Counted from the stretch's first letter, positions 1 through 15,890 are shown. The stretch: DNA of 64,000 nt from the human T2T-CHM13v2.0 reference genome, Homo sapiens (GCF_009914755.1 NC_060926.1); one strand, 5' to 3'. A program made the numbers and translations. The notes: generated by a model not told the origin, from the sequence alone.

Positions 1-3000
1 ATTCACCTACAAGGACACACATAGACTAAAAATAAAGGGATCGAAAAATATATCCCATGTCAACGGAAGCCAAAAAGGAGCAGCAGTCACTATACTTACA
101 TAAGACAAAATAGATTTCTAGGCAAAAACTGTAAGAAGTGACAAAGAAGGTCACTATAAAGGGGACAGTTTAGCAAGATGATATAAAAATTTTACATATA
201 TATACACACTGGAGCACCCAGATGTATGAAGCAAATATTATTAGAGCTAAAGAGAGGTAGCTCACAATAGAATAATAGCTGGAGATTTCAACACATCACT
301 TTCAGCATTGGACAGATCTTTCAGATGGAAAGTCAACAAAGAAACATCAGACTTAATCTGAACACTATAGACCAAATTGACCTCATAGATATTTACAGAA
401 CATTTCATCCAAATACTGCAGAATACGCATTTTTTTCCCTCAGCACATGGATCATTCTCAGGGGTAGACCATATGATAGGTCACAAAACAAGTCTGAAAA
501 AATTCCAAAAAAATTAAAATAACAAGCATATTACTGACCACAATGGAATAAAACTAAAAATCAATACGGAATTTTGGAAACTATACAGACTCATAGAAAT
601 TAAGCAATATTCTCCTGAATGACCAGTGGGTCAATAAAGAAATTAAGAAGGAAATCTAAAATTTTCTTGAAGCAAATGATAATGGAAACACAGCACATCA
701 AAACTAATGGAATACAGCAAAAGCAGTACTAAGAAGGAAGTTTATAGCTCTATGTGCCTACATCAAAAATGAAGAAAAACTCAAGATAAACAACCTAACA
801 ATGCATCTTAAATAATTAGGAAAGCAAGAGGAAACCAAACCCAAAATTAGTGAAGAAAAGAAATAATAACTATCAAAGAAGAAGTAAATAAAATTGAAGA
901 AAACAATACAAAAAATCAATGAAACAAAAAGTTGGTTTTCTGAAAAGTTAAACTAAACTGACAAACCTTTAGCCAGGCTAAATAAGAAAAAAAGAGAGGA
1001 TCCAAATAAATAAAATCAGAAATGAGAAAGGAGACATTATAACTTACACTGCAGAAATTCAAAGGATCATTATTGGCTACTATGAGCAGCAATATTCCAA
1101 TAATTTGGAAAATCTAGAAGAAATGAATAAATTTCTAGACATATATTACCTGCCAATATTGAATCTTAACGAAATCTAAAACCTGAACAGAACAATAACA
1201 AGCAATGAGATCAAAACTGTAATAAAAGTCTCTCAGTAAAGGAGAGCTCGGGACTTGATGGCTCCACTGATGAATTCTACAAAACATTTAAAGAATAACT
1301 AATACCAATCCTTCTGAAACTGTTCTGAAGAGTAGAGGAGAAGAAAATACTTCCAAACTTATTCTATGAGTTCAGTATTACCTGGATAACATAATCAGAT
1401 AAAAACATATTAAAAAAGAGAAAACTGCAGGCTAATATCTCTGATGAACATTGATGCAAAATCTTCAACAAAATTATAGCAAATTGAATTTAATACTACA
1501 TTAAGAAAATTATTCATCAAGACCAAGTGGGATTTACCCCAGGGATGCAAGGATGGTTCAATGTACAAAAATCAATCAATGTACTGCATAATATCAACAA
1601 AATGAAGGACAAATACCATATGATTACCTCAATTGATACTGAAAAAGCATTTGATAAAATTCAACATCTCTTCCTGTTTAAAAAAACTCAAAAACCTAGG
1701 AATAAAATGAATATACCTCAAAATAATAAAAGCCATATATAACAGATCAACAGGTAGTGTCACACTGAATGGGGAAATTCCTCTAAGATCTGGAATACGA
1801 CAAGGATGCCCACTGTTATTCAGCATAGTATTGAAAGTCCCAGCTACAGCAATCAGACAAGAGAAACAAATAAAGGGTATCCAAATTCAAAAAGAAGAAG
1901 TGAAATTATCCTTGTTTGCAGATAATTTGACCTTATATTTCTAAAAACGTACACTCCACCAAAAAACGATTAGAACTGATAAACAAATTCAGTAAAGTTG
2001 CAGGATACAAAATCAGCATACAAAAATTAGCAGTATTTCTATATGCTAACAGTAAACAATATGAAAAAGAAATTAAAAAGCGATCCCATTTACAATAGCC
2101 ATGCATAAAATTAAATACCTAGGAAATAATTTAACCACAGAAGTAAAAGATCTCTATAATAAAAACTATAAAACATTGATGAAAGAAATTAAAGAAAGCA
2201 CCAAGTAATGGAAATATATTTCATGTTCATAGATTAGAAGAATCAATGTTGTTAAAATGTCCATACTACCCTAAACAATCTACAGATTCAATGCATTTCC
2301 TAGGAAAATAAGACATTCTTCACAGACATAGAAAAAAAAATCCTAAAATGTATATGGAACCACATAAGCCAAAATAGCCAAAGCTATCCTAAGCAAAAAG
2401 AACAAAAGTGAAGAAATCACATTATTTGACTTCAAATTATACTACAGAGCTATAGTAACCAAAACAGCATGGTACTGGCATAAAAACAGATACATAGACT
2501 AATGGAACAAGATGGAGAACCAAAAAACCAATCACATGCCTACAACAAACTCATTTTTGGCAAAGGTGACAAGAACATACACTGAGGAAAAGAGAGTCTC
2601 TTTAAAAAATTGTGCTGGAAAACACTCTATAGGAAAATAATAATCTGATTAAAAATGGGCAAAATATTTGAATAGACTTTTTCAAAAGAAGATATACAAA
2701 TGGCAAACAGGCATATGAAAAGGTGCTCAACATCACTAATCACTAGAAAAATGCAACTATAATGAGATATAATCTCACCCCAGTTAAAATGGCTTTTATC
2801 CAAAAGACAGGCAATAACAAATGCTACTGAGGAAGGGAAGAAAAAGACACCCTCACATACTGTTAGTAGGATTGTAAATTAGTACAATCACTATGGAGAA
2901 CAGTTCGGAGGATCCTCAAAAAACTAAAAATAGAGCTACAATATGATCCAGCAGTCACACTGCTGGGTATATACCCAAAAGAAAAAAAATCAGTATATTG

Positions 3001-3630
3001 AAGTGATATCTGCACTCCTACATTTGTTGCAGCACTGTGTACATTAGCCAAAATTTGTAAGCAACCTATATATCTATCAATAGACAAATGGATAAGGAAA
3101 ATGTAGTACCTATATACAATGGAGCTCTATTCAGTCATAAAAAAGAATGAGATCCTGTTATTTGCAACAACATGGTTGTAACTGGAGGTCATTATGCTAA
3201 TAAGCCAGGCACAGAAAGACAAATGTCTCATGTTCTCACCTTTTTGTGGGATCTAAAAATAAAAACAATTGAATACATGTAGCGAGTAGAGGGCTGGTTA
3301 CCAGAGGCTGGTAGTGGGAGGATTGGGGGAGACATGTTTAATGGCTACAAAAAAAAATAGAAAGAATAAAGAAGAAGTAGTATTTGATAGCACAACAGGG
3401 ATATTACAGTTAATATTATTTTACATTTTAAAATAACTAAAGGGTATAATTGCATTGTTTGAAACACAAAGGATAAATGCTTGTGGGGATGAATACTCCA
3501 TTTTACATAATGTGATTATTACACATTGTGTTCTTGTATCAAAACATCTCATGTACCTCATAAATATATATGCCAACTATGTACCCGCAAAAATTAAATT
3601 AAAAATTAACAAAACAAAAAATCACAAAAA
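1..3630 (+). mobile_element. Old LINE-1 (L1MA1/L1MA2-like): decayed ORF2 plus 3' UTR; 5' part lies outside the window
   Basis: ORF fragments match L1 ORF2p ([16 protein letters not shown]; [17 protein letters not shown]). L1MA-type 3' UTR 'ggataaatgcttgtggggatg...catctcatgtacctcataaatatata' ends in an A-rich tail. Many stops and frameshifts. Confidence 0.9.
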
Positions 3631-3669
3631 CAAATATATAGTGATTCTTTAACTTTTTAAGTTTTATTT

Positions 3670-3800
3670 TGCCCTCACAATGACTCTACTGAGTAAATAT
3701 TGTGATTCTTATGTTCATGTAATGAAACTAAGGCTCTGAGAGCAATACCTTGTCTAAGATTATGAAATTGTCAAAAAATAGTCATGATACAAACTTAGGC
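3670..3800 (-). mobile_element. MIR fragment
   Basis: 'cctcacaatgactct...gaaactaaggctctgagag' resembles the MIR core. Confidence 0.5.
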
Positions 3801-3801
3801 T

Positions 3802-4277
3802 TGTGTGATGCATGAGAAACTAAATATAAAAATAGAAAATGTCACGTATGACAATAGATCTCAGTCCCACCACCTCTGCAGCAACCAGCCTGAAGAAATC
3901 AGACCATAAGCTCTTCAGCAATTATCCCAGAATCATTAGGACTTGGTAAATGACTCCTAGCTTCCCTATCCTCCTCACTCCCCTCTGTGTCCAACTTAGG
4001 ACCAGCCAGAGAAAGCCAAATAGGCTCCCAAACCAGTCACATAGGATGCTCCACTTCTAATGTGCCCACTTTCAACTAACCCATACCAATAATTTCCAAG
4101 CAGAGCATACCTAAAGCCTTCTCTCTCTCTTTTTTTTTTTTTTCCACTATAACACTTTCCCACTTCCCTGCCTGGCTGAGTCTGCTATATTACGGTGATA
4201 GTTGCTAACTCCTTTGCTATAACAAGCCCTGAATCCTCTATTTATTCTCATTAGGATTGGTTGCATTCATTTATACA
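3802..4277 (+). mobile_element. ERV1-class solo LTR (MER34/MER39-like)
   Basis: 'acctctgcagcaaccagcc...aggacttggtaaatgactcctagcttccct...ccaacttaggaccagccagagaaagccaaa' resembles these LTR consensus sequences. Confidence 0.5.
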
Positions 4278-4879
4278 TAAAAAATTCTGTAATTTCAGCC
4301 ATTATGCAACAAGATTTAGATTTCTAATGTAACAATTAATTGCTAGTTTTCTTAAAACGTATTTGTGGAAGGCAAAATTATATAGACAAAAATAAAAAGG
4401 AAAATATTTAGAGGAGCTTTTCTCCCCTTAGATAATTTGGAGTGGTAAATTGTGGAAAAATACAACTGCAAATAATTATTCTAATCCTTAAATTGACTTG
4501 TGTGGTTGGAGGAAAATATCCAGAGTCAAATGACCTTCTATATTGTATTCCTTGGCTCCATTCTACAGCTAGTACTGTTATAGATCAAAAGCACTAGCAG
4601 TGCTCAGATGTAGCTGAAGACTGTGTTAAAGCAACGTGTTTTCTGACTCTCTAGTAGCTTTCTCTCTGCAAATGGAATGAAACACAGCAGGAACTAAAAG
4701 AAAGCACCTAAGTATTGCCAATAAAGGTAAGGTGTATGGAGAAAAAAATTAAAGGGAAATGATGAATATGGTATCAATGTGTGAGGTATGAGTTCGACAA
4801 ACTAGGAGAGATTCAATCTCCATCCTTTCCTAGAGTAGGTTATCTTAGGCCACTCAACATTTGATTTATTTGCAGAAAC

Positions 4880-5130
4880 CAGTATTTATTTCTCAAATGA
4901 TGTTCCTGAGAAAATCAGTTTCTCCAGAGGTTATGAGGTGCTCTCTAAAAGGGAGAAGATAGTCTCTTTTCAAGTGAAATGTGAACAACTGGGTTACACA
5001 AGTTTATACAAGTTTCTTGCCTATATGACTTCCATGAGCTTTTAATACATAGGAGTATGTGACCTGAAAATATTTCTTCACATTTTTGCAGTTCATTTCA
5101 TAGGGTCATATGTTTGAAAAACATAATTGA
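4880..5130. mobile_element. Possible hAT-Charlie DNA transposon relic
   Basis: 'ctgggttacacaagtttatacaagtttcttgcc...gagcttttaatac' resembles old Charlie-family MER internal sequence. Confidence 0.3.
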
Positions 5131-5314
5131 ACTAATATCATCTTCACTGGGAGCCATCTTAACATCCTAACTGCCTTTCAATATTCTACTGCAATGAAAA
5201 CATGCAGAATTCCAAGTCTGAGAAAGGGCCAAAGAATTACCTTTTTAAATTTTTATACAAAATGCAATTGTTCATCTTGAATTTGGTGCAAGATGAAAGA
5301 AAGAAGATCCTGGT

Positions 5315-5520
5315 GTGACAGTGCACAATAGTGATTAAAGGCTGGGGACATGGAGCCAGACTGTTAGGTTTATATTATTGGGTTTGCTGTTTTGTGGCTT
5401 TAGGTAAGTTATTAATCACTTCATGCCTTAGTTTTATTTTCTATTGAATGTTATTGAGAGGATTATATAAAATAAATTACTATATGTTAAGTGCTAAAAA
5501 TGTTACCTAGCTCATAATTT
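5315..5520 (+). mobile_element. MIR
   Basis: 'ggagccagactg...taggtaagttattaatcacttcatgccttagtttt...gaggattata...aagtgcta'. Confidence 0.65.
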
Positions 5521-7287
5521 TCACTGTCATCAGCTTTATTATTAATTGCCATTCTCTGGGAACTATGAGTGATAGACCTAGAACATTCTGGCTTTTCCGT
5601 TCCTCTGTGTTTATGCTAAATAAGTTTAGCTTTTGATGAATACAAACTTTGAGTCAGAAAATGCAAACAAAATCATACGTGTTGTTTGAGGATGGGTGTC
5701 AGAAGAGGTGGGGGCTCATTTGTAAGTCATGCATTTCATTCCCTTAGTTCCCTTTCTCCCACTAAGAAGATGGGTAAAATCCTCTAATGACTATCCATTG
5801 CACCATGCCTCCCTCCTTAGAATGTCGCTCACTTCTGTAAAATGATTTCAAAAATTGGAGGAAAGTACAATTTACCCTGAGAACCACTTCCCCAGAGCAG
5901 CTCTGAAACCATTTGAAGCAGACAGGTCCTCTAGTAAGTCTAATGTGTTAATTTCCCTGCTAATGTGTTTGAAATTAGGTCGCTCCCTTAACTGAAGGAG
6001 GATTCACTCTCCTGTTGAAAGATTATCTTGATTTATAGGTGTCTAATGAAATTATTGTATATTAAATCAGCAGCACATTAAAAATGCCATACGCTATTTT
6101 TTCTCAAAGTTTCTCCTTCACATTGCTGCCGCGTCAAGATAAATATCAATGCCAAAAATTAAGAGTTCTTTGGTCTAACACTGTATTTAAGCCAGCACTG
6201 ACTTCAGAATCTGGTTTATTCAGTCCAATTTTAGCTATAGGATTAAGAACTAATGAGCAATACTTGAATTACATTTTGGAGCTGTTGTACTACAAAATTT
6301 CTCATTCTTCTAATATATTGTAAGCTATTTTTGTGCCTTTCTAGCCTTTAAATACCTACTTTACTGGAAGGTAATCCATAATAGTTACTAGTGTGTTGCT
6401 CTGTCAGGGTACAGGAACTAATAAACCTTGAAGGATTTAGAAAGCAGCAGATTGTAATAAAGCTCCTTTATCAAGTTTGTTTGGCAGGTTTAATTACTTA
6501 TTCTTATAAATATCAGAGACTAGTTCATCCCAATAGTGAAAGGTCACCTTAAACATCTCTGTAAATAATTATGAGTCTAAAAGCTTGCTGTTGAAATACC
6601 TGTTTTAATCAGGCTACTCAATTCTAAGGACATATCAAGGCAATATAATCGGTTTCAAAGACAATATTTTTAACATCTCCTCAAGCTTAAGTCATTGTTC
6701 ATGGGAGGAAGAAGGTCAGTAATAATATTTGAGACCATTTTTAAAATAATGACTTAATTTACTTGGCTGTTACCTCTTTCCTAATCCCTTTTTTTCTTAT
6801 CAACTCTATTTTCTAAAGATGTGATGAGAGCTATCAAAAACGTTTCACAAATGCTTGTGTGTAAAATGTATATTTGTACTTAAATTTTAACTAGCAATGA
6901 AGTTAACCTTCACCTCAGATTAAACCACAAAGTATATCCAGCTTCCCACCTTGGTCTGTGTATATTTCCTATTTTATATCCCATAAACTTAAAATATATT
7001 TGAAACACAACAATTAATACATCTTTATATCACAACCATATGATATTAGCAAGGCTATAACTTTATCCACAACTATAATTTTACTTTTGTTTTTTGTCTC
7101 TTTTGCCTAGGGCCCGAAACCCCAAATAACAAGGCTTACAAACATTTAGCACACTGCAGCAGTGTAACAACGTAGAAAATAATATATATTTGCAAAATAC
7201 AAGTATTTCTCTATAATTCTATTTATATTATTCAAGCTAATCTTCGATGTTTTTCGCCATTTGACTCTTCATTAGAAATTATTCTGG

Positions 7288-8185
7288 AGGAGGGAGGAGC
7301 CAAGATGGCCGAATAGGAACAGCTCCTGTCTACAGCTCCCAGCATGAGCGACACAGAAGACGGGTGATTTCTGCATTTCCATCTGAGGTACCAGGTTCAT
7401 CTCACTTGGGAGTGCCAGACAGTGGGTGGTCAGTGGGTGCGCGCACCATGTGGGAGCCTAAGCAGCACGAGGCATTGCCTCACTTGGGAAGCACAAGGGG
7501 TCAGGGAGTTCCCTTTCCCAGTCAAAGAAAGGGGTGACGGACACACCTGGAAAATCGGGTCACTCCCACCCAAATACTGCGCTTTTCCGACCGGCTTAAA
7601 AAACGATGCACCACCAGATTATATCCCGCACCTGGCTTGGAGGGTCCTACGCCCACGGAGTCTCCCTGATTGCTAGCACAGCAGTCTGAGATCAAACTGC
7701 AAGGCGGCAGCCAGGCTGGGGGAGGGGCGCCTGCCATTGACCAGGCTTGCTGAGGTAAACAAAGCAGCTGGGAAGCTCCAACTGGGTGGAGCCCACCACA
7801 CCTCAAGGAGGCCTGCCTGCCTCTGTAGGCTCCACCTCTGGGGGCAGGGCACAGACAAACAAAAAGACAGTACTAACCACTGCAGACTTAAATGTCCCTG
7901 TCTGACAGCTTTGAAGAGAGCAGTGGTTCTCCCAGCATGCAGCTGGAGATCTGAGAACGGGCAGACTGCCTCCTCAAGTGGGTCCCTGACCCCCGAGCAG
8001 CCTAACTGGGAGGCACCCCCCAGCAGGGGCACACTGACACCTCACACTGCAGGGTACTCCAACAGACCTGCAGCTGAGGGTCCTGTCTGTTAGAAGGAAA
8101 ACTAACAAACAGAAAGGACATCCACACCAAAAACCCATCTGTACATCACCATCATCAAAGACCAAAAGTAGATAAAACCACAAAG
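7288..8185 (+). promoter_or_regulatory. L1 5' UTR with internal sense promoter (YY1 site) and antisense promoter
   Basis: YY1 motif CAAGATGGCC at 7301-7310 and a complete 5' UTR. Promoter activity is known for the family but not shown for this copy. Confidence 0.75.
7522..7737 (-). CDS. L1 ORF0 (71 aa, primate antisense ORF), open
   Basis: ATG at 7737-7735 gives MAGAPPPAWLPPCSLISDCCASNQGDSVGVGPSKPGAGYNLVVHRFLSRSEKRSIWVGVTRFSRCVRHPFL*, matching the known ORF0 peptide. Confidence 0.85.
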   Translation of the reverse strand: MAGAPPPAWLPPCSLISDCCASNQGDSVGVGPSKPGAGYNLVVHRFLSRSEKRSIWVGVTRFSRCVRHPFL

Positions 8186-9217
8186 ATGGGGGAAAAACAG
8201 AACAGAAAAACTGGAAACTGTAAAAAGCAGAGCGCCTCTCCTCCTCCAAAGGAACGCAGTTCCTCACCAGCAACGGAACAAAGCTGGACGGAGAATGACT
8301 TTGACGAGCTGAGAGAAGAAGGCTTCAGACGATCAAATTACTCTGAGCTATGGGAGGACATTCAAACCAAAGGCAAAGAAGTTGAAAACATTGAAAAAAA
8401 TTTAGAAGAATGTATAACTAGAATAACCAATACAGAGAAGTGATTAAAGGAGCTGATGGAGCTGAAAACCAAGGCTCGAGAACTACGTGAAGAATGCAGA
8501 AGCCTCAGGAGCCGATGCGATCAACTGGAAGAAAGGGTATCAGCGATGGAAGATGAAATGAATGAAATGAAGCGAGAAGGGAAGTTTAGAGAAAAAAGAA
8601 TAAAAAGAAATGAGCAAAGCCTCCAAGAAATATGGGACTATGTGAAAAGACCAAATCTACATCTGATTGGTGTACCTGAAAGTGATGGGGAGAATGGAAC
8701 CAAGTTGGAAAACACTCTGCAGGATATTATCCAGGAGAACTTACCCAATCTAGCAAGGCAGGCCAACGTTCAGATTCAGGAAATACAGAGAACGCCACAA
8801 AGATACTCCTCGAGAAGACCAACTCCAAGACACATAATTGTCAGATTCATCAAAGTTGAAATGAAGGAAAAAATGTTAAGGGCAGCCAGAGAGAAAGGTC
8901 GGGTTACCCTCAAAGGGAGGCCCATCAGACTAACAGCTGATCTCTCAGCAGCAACCCTACAAGCCAGAAGAGAGTGGGGGCCAATATTCAACATTCTTAA
9001 AGAAAAGAATTTTCAACCCAGAATTTCATATCCAGCCAAACTAAGCTTCATAAGTGAAGGAGAAATAAAATACTTTACAGACAAGCAAATGCTGAGAGAT
9101 TTTGTCACCACCAGGCCTGCCCTAAAAGAGCTCCTGAAGGAAGCACTAAACATGGAAAGGAACAACTGGTACCAGCCGTTGCAAAATCATGCCAAAAGTA
9201 AAGACGATCGAGACTAG
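8186..9217 (+). pseudogene. L1 ORF1p, disrupted
   Basis: MGEKQNRKTG... has a premature TGA at 8441-8443 (consensus TGC) and continues in frame MELKTKARELREEC.... A 1-nt loss near the natural stop extends the frame to TAG at 9217. Confidence 0.95.
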
Positions 9218-9249
9218 GAAGAAACTGCATCAACTAACAAGCAAAATAA

Positions 9250-13087
<3,838 letters not shown>

Positions 13088-13539
13088 ACAATGAGATCAC
13101 ATGGACACAGGAAGGGGAATATCACACTCTGGGGACTGTTGTGGGGTGGGGGGAGGGGGGAGGGATAGCATTGGGAGATATACCTAATGCTAGATGACGA
13201 GTTAGTGGGTGCAGCACACCAGCATGGCACATGTATACATACGTAACTAACCTGCACAATGTGCACATGTACCCTAAAACTTAAAGTATAATAAAAAATA
13301 ATAATAAATAAAAAAAAAGAAATTATTCTGGAGGGTAGATAATAAATAAACTTGAAGGCTGTATTATATATGATCATGTTTAGTTATCCATAACAGTATG
13401 ATGTGGAAGAAAACAGGAAAACAAAGCAAAATTATTTTTATTACCCAAATTCTCACTAATATACATATTCTGATCTTCATTGCAAGAAGAAAACAAGAAT
13501 TTTCTGTATGATAAAAACTAGAATCCATGTACTAGTAAG

Positions 13540-14280
13540 AATGACAACAAATATGTTCCTTGCCTTCACCTTCAAAATCGACTTAATGAGACTTATTAAT
13601 ATCTCTTCTTGATTCTTCTTGTTTTTTACTATTTCTCTTTTTCTGATCTTCACTTGAAGTGGTAAGTTTCCTGACGTCTCAACATTTGTATTTTTATTTT
13701 TCCTCCTACCCCATAAGAATTCTCATCACATGCTAATTCATTTATTTAATTATATCATGTGGCAATTTTCTTTATTGTAAAAGGGTCTGAACTCACAAGA
13801 AAATCTCTAAATAAAAGGTTGTAAAACTTAACAAAATATTATTGAATTGTTTCAGAATGCAATATAGTGATCTTGGGAATCCAAAACTTATGAAAAGTGT
13901 TTGATTTCAAGTCTACAAAAAGTTTGAGAAATTACCTCTAGAAAGATAGACTATTTGGCTTATAGCTAGCAGATAATTTTACATTAAACAGAATAAGGAA
14001 AACATACAAAAAAGTTATATCACTAACACCTTTAAAGGGCTGAATCTATATATGTATAACCTTGAATATTAATTTAATACACTCTGAGTAGTGGGGTAGA
14101 ACAAATATAGAAAAGATTTATGAAATTTTCATTTACCAGTTACTAAGTACCACAACAGATATATTTCTTGCCTTCACCTTCAAAATTGACTTAATCAGAT
14201 TTACTAATATCTCCTCTTGATTCTTCCCCTTTTTAACTATTTATCTTCTTCTAATCCTCTCTTGACCTGGCAACTTTGTA
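13540..14280. repeat. Diverged ~130-bp direct repeat pair (~13540-13670 and ~14150-14278)
   Basis: 'cttgccttcaccttcaaaatcgacttaatgagacttattaatatctcttcttgattcttc' versus 'cttgccttcaccttcaaaattgacttaatcagatttactaatatctcctcttgattcttc', offset 608 bp. Confidence 0.9.
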
Positions 14281-14545
14281 GTGACTTTATTACTACCAAA
14301 TTAATTTGCATGTTTAAGAATAGAATTTATAAAATCAACAATTGAAAAAACTTTTTTATAATTCAGCTTAAAATATATTGATATAGTATGTCTTAGAAAT
14401 GAATACAATCATAATCATGCAATATTATTTATCACTTAACTCTCTCATGCCTAGAGTTGACATTTAGATGTACCTAGAAATAATTCTACGGTGTGCTACA
14501 AAACCTTGATGAAACCAGTTACAAATCAGTCAATATCATAGTTGC

Positions 14546-14616
14546 TAACAATTCAAAGTAATATCAATTCAAAGTAATATCAAATTACTTTGATAACAAT
14601 TCAAAGTAATATCAAA
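14546..14616. repeat. Triplicated 16-20-mer with an inverted insert
   Basis: AATTCAAAGTAATATC three times, with ATTACTTTGA (reverse complement of TCAAAGTAAT) at 14584-14593. Confidence 0.9.
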
Positions 14617-15509
14617 TGAGACCTAGGATCTCAAACTTATAGTAAAGAACCTAGAAATCATGTGTTGAATAAAAACATGTAATTCAAATTCTTCACCTAC
14701 ATGAAAATGCTTGTTCACACATATTGGAGTGTCACCATCTCTGACCACCCATACTGCAATTTAAAATAATGGTTTGGCCTTTACTGCAATTAGACTGCGA
14801 AGTCTAATCCAGTTTTAAATGATGATGTAATGAGTGGCTTGGAATAAATACCAATCTTATTTTTTCCAACAATTTGCTTTGATAAAATAGTACAGAAAAT
14901 TAGGATTTCTCTCTGAACCTGTCAGGCCAAAGATGACCAAAGTTAACCAACAATAAATGTACAACCTTTGTAGTTCTCTCAGAAAATATTGGTAGAGCAA
15001 GTATAAAAGTTTTATGAAATCATAAAAGTAGGGCATGATACAAAGAAAACCATTTTATACCCACAGAGCAAGACTGAAGACATCTGAGTAGGTGGAAAAG
15101 TTACCTTGTGATACTATGCCCTATTCACATATTGTGAAACTCGGGGATTGAAATTCAACTACAGTGAAGACCATACTAAGAACTCATTACAAAGTCTTTG
15201 TGTTTTTTGGGTGACATTGAAATTTAACTGGAAAGTCAAAAATATTGGATAAAAATTGTTACATATGAAGGGAATAAAGGACTCAAATCTGGGTAGTTGA
15301 TTTGACTTATATGGTCTATCTGCCAGTTGCATACTTGTTTCTTCTATTAGGAATTAGAAGATAATTGTATCATGAATGCTCTAAACTGAAACTGTATACA
15401 GACCAAGTAGAAGATTAAAATTATATGGACTGGAGAGATGTTGGTTTGGAATAAGGAGACAGCTATTTTCTAAGTTCTAAGATACATTTTAAAAATGTTT
15501 CCTTCTGTA

Positions 15510-15890
15510 TATTTTTATTCAATCAGTGAATGTTTATTGAACATCTACTACATGCCTCTTCTGAGAATACAGCAGTAAACAAAATAGACAAAAGAAGCTG
15601 TTCTCTTGGAGATCACATTCTACTTGACGGCTATATTCAACTGTACCTGATATTGGCTCTTGGATGTCTAAAAGGCATTTCAAACTTGACAGGTCCAAAT
15701 AATTATTTATTTATCTCTCTTTCAAACTTATTTTTCCTCCAGTCTTTCCTATCTCAGTAAGTGGCATCTCTATTCATCCTGCTGCTTATGCCAAAAACTT
15801 TGGGGTTATTCTTTCATTTCCTTACAATACACATACAATCTCTTTATCATGAAATACTACTACTTTTACCTTCCAAATATATTCCATATC
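15510..15890. mobile_element. L2 fragments (3' end on minus, then a plus fragment)
   Basis: 'tttattgaacatctacta...cagcagtaaacaaaatagaca' and 'ttggatgtctaaaaggcatttcaaacttgac'. Confidence 0.65.

Noticed and set aside
7422-8273. Other overlapping ORFs in the L1 5' UTR (84-119 aa)
   Set aside because: By-products of GC-rich UTR sequence, several with non-ATG starts. Only ORF0 matches a known product.
13445-14297. Assigning a gene symbol to the duplicated cassette
   Set aside because: The peptides match no protein I can recall, so naming one would be a guess.
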